Assembly: GCA_023231475.1 (NCBI GenBank)
Contig: JALJEE010000712.1
Location: 62,001 to 94,375, forward strand
Direction: 5' to 3'
From: Seison nebaliae
Lineage: Eukaryota
DNA: 32,375 nucleotides
In this document: piece by piece, positions 1 to 12,396 of the stretch
Numbering within the stretch: the first letter of the stretch is position 1
Layout of the letters: the number at the start of each line of letters is the position of its first letter
The notes under the pieces: model-generated
What the model was told of the DNA's origin: nothing
Database searches by the model: none
The model's input: the letters and a program-made list of their open reading frames with translations, nothing else
Position numbers and translations under genes: made by a program

Positions 1-214
1 AAATCGATGACAATAACGGCGATTTCGGTGATTTCGTCGTTTTCGATGATTTCAAAATAAAATCATGATAATCTTGTCGGAAAGAAACCGTCCGAATCAA
101 TTTAACGTAAACCGTCGCCAAATCTTCATTCAACGCTTCTTCGATCAGTGAGCTGCCCAAATACAAGAGAGAATCGAAACGACATTCATCATTCTTCATT
201 TTCCCGACCACCAT
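1..214 (-). CDS. 5' end of a PTB-domain protein, RABGAP1-like (runs off window start)
   Basis: Open frame from ATG at 214 to the window edge: MVVGKMKNDECRFDSLLYLGSSLIEEALNEDLATVYVKLIR..., resembling the F-x-x-L-x-YLG start of the RABGAP1-type PTB domain. Not in the ORF track because it is truncated. Confidence 0.5.
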   Translation of the reverse strand, partial: MVVGKMKNDECRFDSLLYLGSSLIEEALNEDLATVYVKLIRTVSFRQDYHDFILKSSKTTKSPKSPLLSSI

Positions 215-1810
215 TCTCTTATTTCATATTCACATTCAACTTTTCCTGTTTTTTTTTTTTGAAAAAAAATTGATTCTTTACGAATAAAAAATTTGAAATT
301 TTTTCATCAATTCTTCAAAATAAATGAAATATTCTCCGTCGATAAATTAATTGGAAACATTGGAAAATAAGAGTTGAACGAAAAGCGAAATAGAAAAAGA
401 AATAAATTTATTTACGTAGAGAAGCCACACAAGAGAAGAAGTATCCTGTTATTATGTCAGCATCTCATTAAGGAGATGGAAATTAATGAGAAGAGAATTT
501 CTATTTTCTTATCATTCAATAAAAGAATCGCACAATATTTTTTTTCCTTTGTCCAACAACTAATTTTGATTAAGAATTCGCTTGAAAATGAGATTTCACA
601 TTTTATTTCAAACGGATAATAAGCAACTTGCCTATTGGGTCACTTATTCTCGCGACGTAGTCCTCTCCCATTTCCCTTTTATAACGACTTTTTTCCCAAC
701 TCGTATGTGGGACATGTCATATCTTCTCTACTAATTTTCGGACAATTTATGTTCATATTTTTTTTTGCACTCGAAATGATCAAATTGTAGTAGATATCTA
801 TAGAGATAATATATAATAGGTTCGTTTCCTCCCACTTATTCAATTATTTTATTCGTTATCTGTAAAAAGTTTAATTCAATTATGAAAAAATGAATGATAT
901 ATTGACATAAATTACTATGAAACATTTCCATTTGTATGTGGAACTGTTTCGAAATTAGAGCAGAAGGAAAAATATGAAAGAATAAGGTCCTGAGTATGAG
1001 GGAGAAAGAAACCGTTCCTATGGTTCTATTAGTTGGAGATCTCCTCGAAGAGGAACTGTCCTACAACTGTCACAATTTAACATTAAAATGAACATAATAT
1101 ACGTCATTGTCAAACGTATTGAACATCAAATTTTTCCCCTTGTTCAACTCTCCACCCATCTCTCACAACGTTCTCCCAAAACAAAATTATTTAACTTTTA
1201 TATTTAAAAATTTTTTTTCGTCATTTTCCTTTTATATAATCTTCTTTTATTGTGTACATACGTGTGTTTTTGTGAGTGTGTGTGTGTTGTGTGTGTGTTT
1301 TTTTTTTGGTATGTGTGTATTTGTTATATGCACATGTTTCGTTGGACATTATCAATCGGTCCTTCATGTGAGTAACGTATCTTGAGAAAGAGGAATAATG
1401 CAATTTATTATAATCGACAAAACATATAAATAATTCTCTCGAATTTTATGAGTTACGATTTTCTGTTGTTTTTCTTTCTCTTTTCCTCTCCCTTATGAAT
1501 AATGGAAGCCAGATATTAGACGTTGTACTTAAACAACACGACTCTACAAGGAAGTGTGTGTAAAGGGAAACCCTTAAAAAAGGACAGACGATAATGATAC
1601 ATAGTTGCAACTCGAAAATTTTCTTCTGAAATTCTTTTTAATAAATTCACATCGAACTTATCATTCATTCTATCTAATTTTAAGTTTTATGTAAATAAAT
1701 TTAATTGAAATCATTCGAAAAAATTAATAATTGTAAATGATAAATAATTAAGATTAATTCGAAGTCGAAAAAAATTCATAAATTATTTTTAGGATGAGAA
1801 GAAGCTTTTC

Positions 1811-1840
1811 GTTCATTCATTCATTCATTCATTCATTCAT
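1811..1840. repeat. (CATT)n microsatellite
   Basis: About 7 tandem CATT units read directly. Confidence 0.9.
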
Positions 1841-2482
1841 CCTCTCAACTCGTCGAATGAGTGAAGTGAATGTGAGAAGAAGAAGCTCAAATGAAATTAA
1901 TTTGACTCACCATTTCCTCGAATCGATCAAATGAAATTCCTCTTCAGCAGTTTGTAAGTATAGAGTGAAAACCATGAGCAAATAGTAAAAAAGAATGGGA
2001 ATTCCTAACATAAGTAAAATGACGTGTTATACCTTCTCCTCTCCTATGAATGTAACCTTCACTTATCAACCTTTTCGCATTGCTCAAGGAATTATCTTCA
2101 CTCTCCTTTTAATGATCGAGGAAAATTTCTAGGAAATCTTACGAAACTTCTGAAAAAACATGTTCGTTTCTAATAAATTATTGAAACAAATCAATAAATT
2201 GAATTTGCATGAAATACGATTAGGAAACTTGTCGTAAAAACCTCACTTACCATTTATTTCCTTAAAATTCCTTCCCAACAATTTCTTCCACATTCAAATA
2301 AATATAATTTCATAATAGTACACGTCGATATTTTTCGAATTGTCATTTTAAAAGTAAATTTATCAGTTCAGATTCCAATGAAAAGTTAATTTGGTTGTGT
2401 CAAAATGAAGTTTGTAGGTGAAAGCAGAAAACGGATTTATTTGATAGAAAGAAAGAATGTAAATTCTCATTTAAAATTTTTT

Positions 2483-5275
2483 TCAGTTTTTCATTAATTG
2501 GAGGAATGACAAGTAGTTGACATGAATATCTGCAATTCGATGAAAATAATTTTGATATTGTAAGGAAAAATTGACGGAACTTTTAAATGCTAAAATCTCT
2601 TCGATTTCATTTTCATTCTTTATTTGATCAATCGTCATATTCTCACCATCTTTCTGAATTGGATAATTCACCCAATCTAATGCATTCACAATATTAAATG
2701 CATTCAGTTGATTATTCTCGAGAGTCATACTAAAAAATTATTCTCAAATTTTTATGAGAGAAAAAGAACCAGAAAATGAATTGTTCAAATGTTTCTGGTG
2801 GGAATGGCACGTGATTACTTTTCAATACTTTTCTCACCATCTCCTGTGACAAATATGGTTCATCGATATTATCTAATCGAGATAATAATGATTTTTTTAA
2901 GATATCGAAATCGTTGTATCCCATTCGACGGAAATGTGATTGAATAGATAAGAGGAATTTCTTCAAGTCGAAGCCAGTCTCTTCAAAACTATTCAATTGT
3001 CTTGCAACACTCAATATTTCATGTTCACTTAACTTATCTGAATAATAAACAAATTAAATTTCAATAAGAATTTCACTAAACTTTCCGTTAATTTTTTCAG
3101 TAAACCGGAAAATGTCTCGTAAGTAAAGAGACCACTTTGCGTCACATCATATTCGGCAAACAGTCGTTCCATTTCTTGATAACGTGAACTTAAGTGTTGT
3201 TTACAGATTGATAAAATTCTCGCAATATTGCTCATTGGCAACTGAAACCATTTAGCTTATGGAATTCTGACGAAAATAAATAAATGAACTTTCAATTTCT
3301 CCATATATTGAAGTGCATATTCGTCCGCATCAATCACGAGTAATGAATGAGAATTAATTGTCATTATTCCCCCAATAAATATGTCGTTAATTGTAAAATA
3401 TTTTTTAGGATCTTGATGGAATCTAAGTGATTAATTATTTGGAAGGAAGAAAGAAATGGAAAAGAAACTTCATCTGATTCGGTTTCTCCGCTCGACATCT
3501 TTCCAGAAATTTCCCTCCATCAATTCCTGAATTCTTCTCATGTTTCTCAAATACTTGAATGGTGTCATCAGATAAATAATAAATTATGACAAATCGACGT
3601 TTTTTCTGAATTGGATTATTCGAATTCAATTTAGCCAAAAATCTTAATTGACCACTGTCATATCCCAATCTGATAAAGAGCATTGAATTGATGAGAGAAA
3701 TAAATTATTAACTTATCATATAACATGAATTTCTTAAAATCTTTTTTTGGTGGTTGTGGTAATAAGCTTAAGGTACTATTCAATGAATCTTCATAGCTTC
3801 CCCAACCATTATATGGTGGAATCTAAACAATGCTTACAAAACGATTTTCTAAATAGTAATATGAAACTTCTTTTTCAATTTTTATTGGTTCCACCGAATT
3901 CTTTCCTTTGACAATCAATGAAGGAAATTCTACAAAAAGAAATTATTTCATTCAAAATTTCAAGAGAAAGAATAGATGACTTTGTATTCCATATTTGGTT
4001 GAATAATAATTTTTTGTAAAATCATCACAATCGACAATGAAGAATCGTCGAGTCCACACATTAATGTACTGGCCAATTACTAAGTCTTTCTCCGTATAAT
4101 ATTCCAAATTTGCTGTTCCGGTCTTTTTGGGAGGGGAGAAAATTTATTTAAGACAGAATTTGAATTATGAAAAAAAAACTTTAAGATTATCTAAAATAAA
4201 AGTCGAGTCGTTCAATCCACCAATGACATTTAATACAGTTCGATCCGCCAACTTTCCTGGTGGTGGTAATGGATAATTTTTTTTCGGTAGACGACTTCGT
4301 TTCAAAAAAACTGCCGATTGATCACGACCACAATTTGGCGCTAAAATCTCTTTCAGTTCGATGGTATCATCACTCAGATAATAATTGATTACAAATTTCC
4401 TTAAATCTCCATGCAACTGATCCGTATCGTCCCAGACGGCCCATAAACGTAGAACTTGTCGATCATGATCTAAGAACTGTTTCAATGTGTCCATTCTTTC
4501 ATATGGTCGAAGTGATTTTTGTGCTAATTTTTCCTTTAAACGATTTTCAATTTTTTTTTTAAATAAAAAATCAGAATTTACCGTTTTCTTTCGATTGTTG
4601 TACGGATCAGTTGGTACGAGTTCTGTAGTTCCGATTTCAAATCCTTTCTTCTGATAGAATTCTCTCGTGAATTTGTCACAGTTAACAATGCGAATTTTCC
4701 ATTGTTTGACAAGAACATCCGTTCCAATTCGCAGATTTTCATATGTCAGAAATTTATTCGGATTATTGACATTTTCCACTTTCTGACGTTTCAGTATCGT
4801 TCCTTGAGGGTAACCAGCATCTTTAGTTCTCGGCTCATCTATCTGGATACAACCGTCTTCCAAATAATAAAGAAGTTTTACAGAACGTACTCGATATGGT
4901 TCGCCAGCTCGTTCCGTTAACCGTTCCTACAACGAATGAGAAACTGATAAAACGAATTGAATTATTAACATGGAAATATCCATCGAAGCATAACACTTGT
5001 TTGTCATAAGCTAACCATGCTGGTAACTGATCTTTACCTTCCACATAATCTGGAATATTTAATAATGAGAATTTATCAAAAGATGAAAAATTAGACTTTT
5101 CTTCTGTTGATCTTTGGTGCATTTTAATTCGATACTAACCTCTCCAACCGTATCGAATTGATGAGACAAATGATTATTCAATTTCTTTTTTAAAAAATGA
5201 GTAAAATCTTTTCAACATCAGACTAACCGGACGATGGAAAGAATTCCCTGGTAAGAAAGGTAGCGACTTATCCAT
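2483..5275 (-). CDS. EFHC2: EF-hand domain-containing family member C2 (three DM10 domains plus EF-hand region; ciliary microtubule inner protein), about 13 exons
   Basis: Spliced reading begins MDKSLPFLPGNSFHRP; contains PAWLAYDKQVLCFDGYF, YYLEDGCIQIDEP, RPYERMDTLKQFLDHDRQVLR, YYLSDDTIEL, IPPYNGWGSYEDSL, RRFVIIYYLSDDTIQVFE, DADEYALQYME. 12 short GT-AG introns restore one frame to TGA at 2483-2485. Confidence 0.9.
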
Positions 5276-5318
5276 TTCTTGAACAAACTGGAAGTATGTT
5301 TAGATTTCCAATTCACTT

Positions 5319-5333
5319 ATTGCCATTAGTAAC
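5319..5333 (-). promoter_or_regulatory. RFX X-box-like element upstream of EFHC2
   Basis: GTTACT-AAT-GGCAAT on the minus strand, 44 nt upstream of the EFHC2 ATG; close to the X-box palindrome typical of ciliary genes. Confidence 0.55.
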
Positions 5334-5596
5334 GAAATAATTATTAAGACAGAAATTATTCCGAATGAGAGCCAATGAAAAACATTTAAAATAACAAGCT
5401 CAAAACTGAGAATTTTTAGAGACGTCAATTTATTTCTTATCAACATCTTATTTATTTCCATCAATGATCATTTGATGATTTACCACAAATTATAATTTAA
5501 GTCTCCGTCTCTCATTAGGATTTATTATAAATTGTTATAAAAATGACTAAAATTAAATTGTTAATGGTCATATCTGATTAATTGGCTATTGGAAAA

Positions 5597-8396
5597 ATGA
5601 GTTTATTCTGTTTGACATTGAATGAAGAGGAGTATGAAAAGATTGTCGAATATTTATTGAATGAGAATAAAGAACAGAAAATCTCGTGGAAACAATTCAG
5701 TAAATGTATTCGACTGATGTTGAAGAATGAATCGTCGAAATTATTCCCAGTTAGTTTTCCTTATAATAACATCATCAATTCTTCTTCAGCAATCACTCTT
5801 ATCGAATAGTTTAGATTTCCCTCAATTCTCACAACAAATTCATTGGGGAGTGGAATTGATATCGAATGAGACATTACAAATGATTTTGAAAGATTTTTAT
5901 GAAATAAGTCAAAAAAATCGATTCATTTTGAAATTTATACGAAATGTCAATATCGACAATTTACATGATGATTCTTTAATCATTTCGAATGCATTTAAAG
6001 AAACCATCAATCGATTTCTGACACATGAATATCTGGAAATGGTTGAAGGAATTGAATCGTTTTCTGATTTTCTCCATCAAATGAAACGATCATCGAATAT
6101 TATTCATTCAATAAATAATTGTTGCGAATCGATCTGGAACAATGGAATGATGGTGGTGGATGCTATTTATTTTCAATTGATGAATTCCAATGAGAATCGG
6201 ATTTGGTTGAACATCTTCTCTCAAATTTTCCCATTCGTCATCGAATATCTTTTTCGATATTGTTGTGGGAATATAAATAAGATTTCAAATAATTTTCTCG
6301 TTCGATCGATGAGAAAAGATTTGGAAAATATTCGATTTCATTTGAATATTAATCGTCGTATGCAAGTGGACGAGATGTTATCATTAGATTTCCGGTTGTT
6401 AATTCGATTCATTTCTCATCCACTTCATTATGTTCAATGGACAAAATGTGTACGATGTTTAGAGATGTTGAAATTGCAAAAAGATTTTGATGACGTCCAT
6501 CAATCCAATTTCCTCCAACAAATTAGTCAATTCAATTCGCAACGTTTCCAATTGGAGAAAGAGAAAATGATGAAATTGGCAATTCGAAGGAAAGAAGAAG
6601 AAGAGAAGAAGAGAAATCAATTGAATCGTTTGAATGAAATTCACGAGAATTATCGAAGGAAATTAATTGAAAAGGAGAATGATCTGAAAATCGATCGGAA
6701 ATTATTAAACGAGAAAGAATATCATGTGAAGAAGAAAGAGATTATCGAAGAAATCCGAAAGAAATACGACGAATTATTCGAAGAACAACAAAGAAAATTG
6801 GAAAGAATCAACTGGAAATTGAAACGATATTATTCAACTGATCATCCAGTTCAACAAGAAATGTCTATCGATTATTCTTATCTAATCAATTCCGTTGATA
6901 AGAAATTAGATGAAATGAATGAGAAAGTTAATAATATCGATGAGGAGATCAACAAGATCAATGATCAATTGAATACAAATCAGATCATTGATATTAATCA
7001 AATTGATATTTCTATGGAAAATGATAATACAAATAAAAATTCCAAAATGGAAAATGCTCAAAACGTTTCACCAGGAACTAAAATTTTGTCGAAAGGTTTA
7101 TCACAAAATTTAAATTCTTCGGAAGTTTTATCACAAAATTTAAATTCTTCGGAAGTTTTATCAGGAATTACAAATTCTTCGGAAGTTTTTTCGGCAAATG
7201 AAAATTCTACGACAATAATATTATCAGGAAATGAAAATTCATCGAAAATTTTGTCGGAAAATCATAATCTAAATAGAAGAGAAGAAGAAGAAATTGATAA
7301 TTATTCGACATTATTCCGACTCAATCGATATTATGATGCTTTTGATGATAAATCGATAAAATATGCAGATATTGTGAATGTTGAGAAAGATTTGAAGATG
7401 ATAGATAATTTGGATACTGATGATGAGAAGATGAATTTCCAATCGACAAAAGAAGTCGATAAGATGATACATAATATTCAGTCGTTGATTCGAATTCATG
7501 CGAGATATGTGGAGAAATCGACATTTCGATTGGCTTGGTTCGATTTCAATGGAAATATGGGAATCAAAACTTTTATAAATTATCTCCATCAATTCTACTT
7601 CCTTTCCAACGGTAATATTAATTCATTAATAAATGAGTCGATTTTCCGACCATCGATCTCTTATCAGAAGTTCGTGTCATTGACGAATGCATGGAATCGT
7701 TGTATTGACAGTGAATCGATGTATGGATTATTCTCATTGAAACGAATAAATGTAAATGATGTTCGGATTGTTGACAATGTCAAAATGGAATGTTCTATAC
7801 AAAACGATTCACTCAATTATATCTTCTCGAAAGAATTATTGGATGATTATGAGAAATTATTCGAATTCTTCTTCAAACTCCAATATGTTCATTGGTGTAT
7901 CAACGAATCGTTTATTATTTTGAAAACGAAACAATATCAATCAATTTATTCGACATCGAAACAATTATTTCTTGTTCGATATCGAATGCAACGTTTCATC
8001 AGTACAATAATCACTTATATCCAATTACATGTGAAGAAACGATTCATTCAATCAATTCATAAATTAGCGATACATTCGAAAGGTATCGAAACGTTTCGAC
8101 AACAACATGCCATTGATATTGAGAAGATGCTCATCAGATCATTTCTTACGAACAAATTAAAAATTCTTAATCAACAATTAAATGTGGTATTTGATATCAT
8201 TATTCAATTCACTACGTTAATTCTTAGGAAAGAATTCATCGTTCATCTCAATCAACATTGGAATCGTTTCAATTCAGCCGTCAGCGATTTCTATCAAACG
8301 CTTCTCTCCATCTCTCACATGATCCACAAACCATCCATCAACTTCCTCTTACATCTTCTCGATTATTCTTCAGTCTTTGAGAATGATCTTCTTTGA
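5597..8396 (+). CDS. TUBGCP6: Gamma-tubulin complex component, GCP6-like (divergent, about 919 aa); exons 5597-5749 and 5790-8396
   Basis: C-terminal GRIP2-like block (LNYIFSKELLDDYEKLFEFFFKLQYVHW...LFLVRYRMQRFISTIITYIQ...QQH...RSFLT) preceded by a charged coiled coil ending KKYDELFEEQQRKLERINWKLKRY as in GCP6. A 40-nt intron (5750-5789, GTTAGT...TTCAG) joins the two overlapping track ORFs in phase 0. Confidence 0.75.
7098..7262 (+). repeat. Coding 30-nt tandem repeat (10 aa, LSQNLNSSEV), 2 perfect plus about 3-4 degenerate copies
   Basis: TTATCACAAAATTTAAATTCTTCGGAAGTT at 7098-7127 and 7128-7157 followed by diverged units. Confidence 0.9.
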
Positions 8397-9955
8397 TTGA
8401 TTATTTGAGAATGATTATAAATTTCCAAATATTTTTTCGTCCGATAATTTTCCTATATTCAAATACAACTAAATTTCTTTGAAATTTCATTAAAATTATA
8501 TGGCATTAAAGACACTTTATCACAAAATGTCAAATGTAGCAAATGTTCATTGGAATTTTATGGATGAATACAAATGGTAATCAAAGAAAAATTAAATTAA
8601 ATAGGTGAAATGTCACAAACGCTTCATGATCATTTTAATAAGACTTCACAAATAAAAAGGAAGATTCAACATGCTCAACCGAAGAAGTCGATTAGTTTCC
8701 TGTAGGACGACTAATACGATATGAGGAGTTTACTTCTCATTTTAACGTAGTAATTAGATATCGGGTTCATACTACTAGTAGTAAAGATTGATTTCCAAAT
8801 GCAATTTTCTATGATTATCATTCTATCATATGGTAACAATCAGATAATATTGTATAAGATATGTATTATACATCAACGATTCTTGTCATATTTGCATTTT
8901 AGAGTTTATTGGAAATTTCAATATTATTTCCATTTTCTCAACTCAACCATATTTTTTTCTCCTATTTTACTCAATTTTTCTTCAAATAAATTTCATATGA
9001 CTTCTTTTTAAAAATGAACAAATTTCCTAAAAGTTCACCACAAAAAAAAATTCCGTGAAATTAACAACGATGGATTTTCTTGTGAATTCTCATAAACACA
9101 GAATGTAAAGAAGCTTTATTTCTACATAATAACTTTATCGATTTCAATTATAGTTTTGGAAGACTGCGCATTTAGGAAACAAATTACGAAATTCGTAGTT
9201 TGTCCTACTATTTCCTAACTACAATATGTAGTACGAATTGTCATTTGTCCATTATGTATATAAATGATGGGATTAACAAAAAATGAAGAAAACTAACGTT
9301 ATGTTGTAAAAAAAACAATATATGTTTAATTAATTTGAGACGGATGTAAAAATAAAAATTTTAAAATGAAGTGAAATGAATCTAGCTCATATCAAGGTAC
9401 TACTTTTGATGTTCGAGATTTACTGGATGTGATAAAAAGATGTTCTTCTGAAATTTATTAAGTAAATAGAAATAATTTGTTAATGGTTTCTAAATTCCAA
9501 CTGTATTATAATAATAATAATAATACTATATCTTGGGAGAAAAGAACTAAAATTCAATTTTATATTTTTAGAAATAAAGAGGAAGAAGAAAAACGAAATG
9601 AAATGTTTAAAAAGTAATAAGTCTATGAATAGGAATAAAAACAAGAAATAATTGATCGTTCGATCCGAATCAATATTGATGACTTGGGGGAGGATGAGTG
9701 GAATTTTTCATCCATCGAAAAATAAATAATTTTCATGAATAACGAGAAGAAAATAGTCGAATATTTGACAATAATTAAACGAAAGAGAGAAAGATAAATG
9801 AATCCGAAGAATAAAACGAATAAGAAAAACGCAAAAGGAAATTAAATAAAAAAGGATAATTTCCAGATGATTTGTGTAATAATCTAAAGAAGGTGAACGT
9901 TGTGAATGGATCGGATGTGTAATAAATTAATTAATTTGATTTAAACGTAAAGAAA

Positions 9956-9992
9956 AGATGATGATGATGATAATGATGATGATGATGATGAT
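9956..9992. repeat. (GAT)n microsatellite downstream of calreticulin
   Basis: About 12 GAT units with one interruption. Confidence 0.85.
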
Positions 9993-10112
9993 TGATCAGT
10001 GAGATGTCTAGAGAGAGAAATGATTATTTATGTCTATTAACTTTTTCGTCATTAAATTTTCATTAAATAAATGGGAAGGAAAGTTAATAAATTGTCTTGT
10101 ATAATATCTCTC

Positions 10113-11426
10113 TTATAATTCCGATTTGTCATGATTACCAGATTCGACATCATTATCTTCCTGTTTATCCATCTCTTCATCATCATCGATGTCAGATGGC
10201 ATTTCTTTTATTTCCTCATCCTTCTTATCATCTTCTGGTACTTCTTCGGGTTCATCTTTTTTCGCTTCATTTTCTTTTGCTTCAGCATCTGCTCGTTCTT
10301 TTACGATAGCTTGCTCTTTTTCCACTCGTGGTAACCACTTCTCTATAGCTTGCTTCTCCGCTTCCTCCACGTCATCAGTGACGAGTATGTTATCGAAAAC
10401 CGAACCTGATTTAACCTGGAAAATGAAAGTTTTTTAAAAAAAATTTGAAAAATTAAAATTTCGAACTTGCCAAATGTCGATACCGATTGCTCCAATTTTG
10501 TCATACAAATATAAATTTTCATCTTCTTTATATTCAGGATTTGGTATTTCTGGATGAACCCATGGTCCTTTATAATCAGGATTATTGATCATTTCAGGTT
10601 TCCATTCACCTTTGAAATCAGGATTATCGATTTTCGGCGCTTCCCATTCACCATCAAGATCATCATCCCAATCTTCTGGTCGTTTAGCTTTCGGATCGGC
10701 AATATGTTCTGGTTGGTCCCAATTTTCTGGTTTCGTATCTTCCGGATTGACAATTGATGCTTGATCTACCCAATCATCAGGTTTTTTCGCGGCGGGATCT
10801 TTAATTGTTTTTGGTAGAAGGAAATCCCATTGATCTTCCAATTTGCCTTTTTCCACTTCCTTATTATCAACTTTGACGATGAATGTATTATCGGGATTGA
10901 GAATTAGTGTGTATAAATGACTAGTCTCATCATTCTCACATTTTACTTCTTTTTTCATCAACAAATTCTTTCCTTCATAATTGAAGATGACATGAACTTT
11001 CTTCGTACTATAACCACAAATATCAGGACCGAACATAATATAATATGGTGATTCGCCTTGTAATTTGTTTTGGTCGACATCTTCGGGATAAACTTTCACA
11101 TATCCTCCTCCACAATCGATCTTTTGTTCATGTTTCACCGACAATTGAATGACTAGAGGTTTATCCTTGTTGGTAAAAGATTCGGGGAATTTGGCTGATG
11201 CAGCATAGAATCGAGCATCTTGTGTCGTTCTTAATCCAATCTCTTCATCATCATCACTGGATAATGTTCCTTTAGACACATCGAATATTCCTTGCTCTTC
11301 ACCTCGGAATTCCGAGTTGATCCATCGGCCATCACTTAACGCTTTCCCGTCATTAAAATCCTCTTGGAAATAAATTTTGCCGTAGCACGTGCCAACGTAC
11401 AAGAGGAATAATACCAACAATTTCAT
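10113..11426 (-). CDS. CALR: Calreticulin; exons 11426-10467 and 10415-10113
   Basis: Signal peptide MKLLVLFLLYVGTCYG; KHEQKIDCGGGYVKV, IMFGPDICG, P-domain repeats (KPDDW, GEWEAPKIDNPDFKGEW), DIWQ|VKSGSVFDN across a 51-nt intron, acidic tail ending KSEL. Confidence 0.97.
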
Positions 11427-11719
11427 GTTCAACAAAACAAAATCTAGGTATACGTTGAAACAATGGAGAATGGAAGGAGTGAAAGAAAGAAATGAATAGA
11501 TATTATTTTAATATCTCTTATTCCAAAGAACTTTTATCAAATAAGAAATTCGGAAAAAAATAAGAGCAAGGAGAGAAGTGAATGAATAGGAATAATTCAG
11601 AAAAGTAATTTCATTCCTTTTTTTATAAGTGAACAAGAAAATATTTATTAATATTTCTTGTTTAATAAAACTATTGCACGCTTTTGACTAGGTGGCAGCG
11701 TTCTATTCGCTCAAATCGT

Positions 11720-11738
11720 CCAATGAAATTTAGGCACG
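11720..11738 (+). promoter_or_regulatory. ER stress response element (ERSE)-like motif
   Basis: CCAAT-GAAATTTAG-GCACG: exact N9 spacing, one mismatch to CCAAT-N9-CCACG, about 300 nt upstream of the calreticulin ATG. Confidence 0.55.
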
Positions 11739-12396
11739 AATCATCCCTCCTTATCCTTCAATACTTCACATGAATCATAAGTTTTGTTCAAATTATAAGC
11801 TATCCCATCAAAATAACGTACGTGTCTATCATTTTCTCTTTCTTAATATTTACAATATCATTTTTATTGACATTAAAATAACGTGCTTTTCCTTATTTTT
11901 CTCTGCAAATAAAATTTCCACATGAATAAAATTTCCGTTTGTGACTTTCTTCAATCTAACGACAACCTATTGGGTGTAATTGAAAAAAGAAAAAATATTT
12001 TCTCTTTGAATTCATGTCCGAACGAAATGAACATCCTGTTAACGACAACTGAAAAATTTATTCAATTAAATTCAATTTTTTTAATGTTCCAATTTTGATA
12101 TAATTTGAAACAGGAATTTCAGATGGAACTCTTCTGGAACCATCTATTTCTCCACACTACAAATAATTAAACTAAATTTCAATTTTTAAGCTTCTTCCTT
12201 CATACTTACTTCTCATTAATACCGTTTATCTCTTACACATATTTCTCATAACATTATGATTAATTGAAACTCTAAAATTTTGGCCGACAAATTTTCTTTA
12301 TAAATTGTTTTCGTTTCCTTTCAAATGTTTAGCTTCAATCTTGTAATTTCATTTAACTGTTCATCTCATTTTTGATATAGTTATTCACTTTTCGAA

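Noticed and set aside
985..1092. VLSMREKETVPMVLLVGD resembles the Ras/Rap VPMVLVGNK segment
   Set aside because: No NKxD or other G-box motifs nearby; too short to support.
374..1403. Short track ORFs 374-619, 1107-1385, 1221-1403
   Set aside because: Low-complexity AT-rich or (GT)n-derived translations with no recognisable motifs.
7098..7262. 30-nt repeats as a CRISPR-like array
   Set aside because: No spacers; in-frame coding repeat in a eukaryotic gene.
8480..9300. Coding-like fragments and ORF 8799-9011 between GCP6-like and CALR
   Set aside because: No consistent spliced frame or recognisable motif; could be repeat debris.
10097..10757. Plus-strand ORFs over calreticulin (and similar antisense ORFs in 12404-12970, 19330-19907, 24136-25651)
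   Set aside because: Shadows of real genes on the opposite strand or alternative frame.
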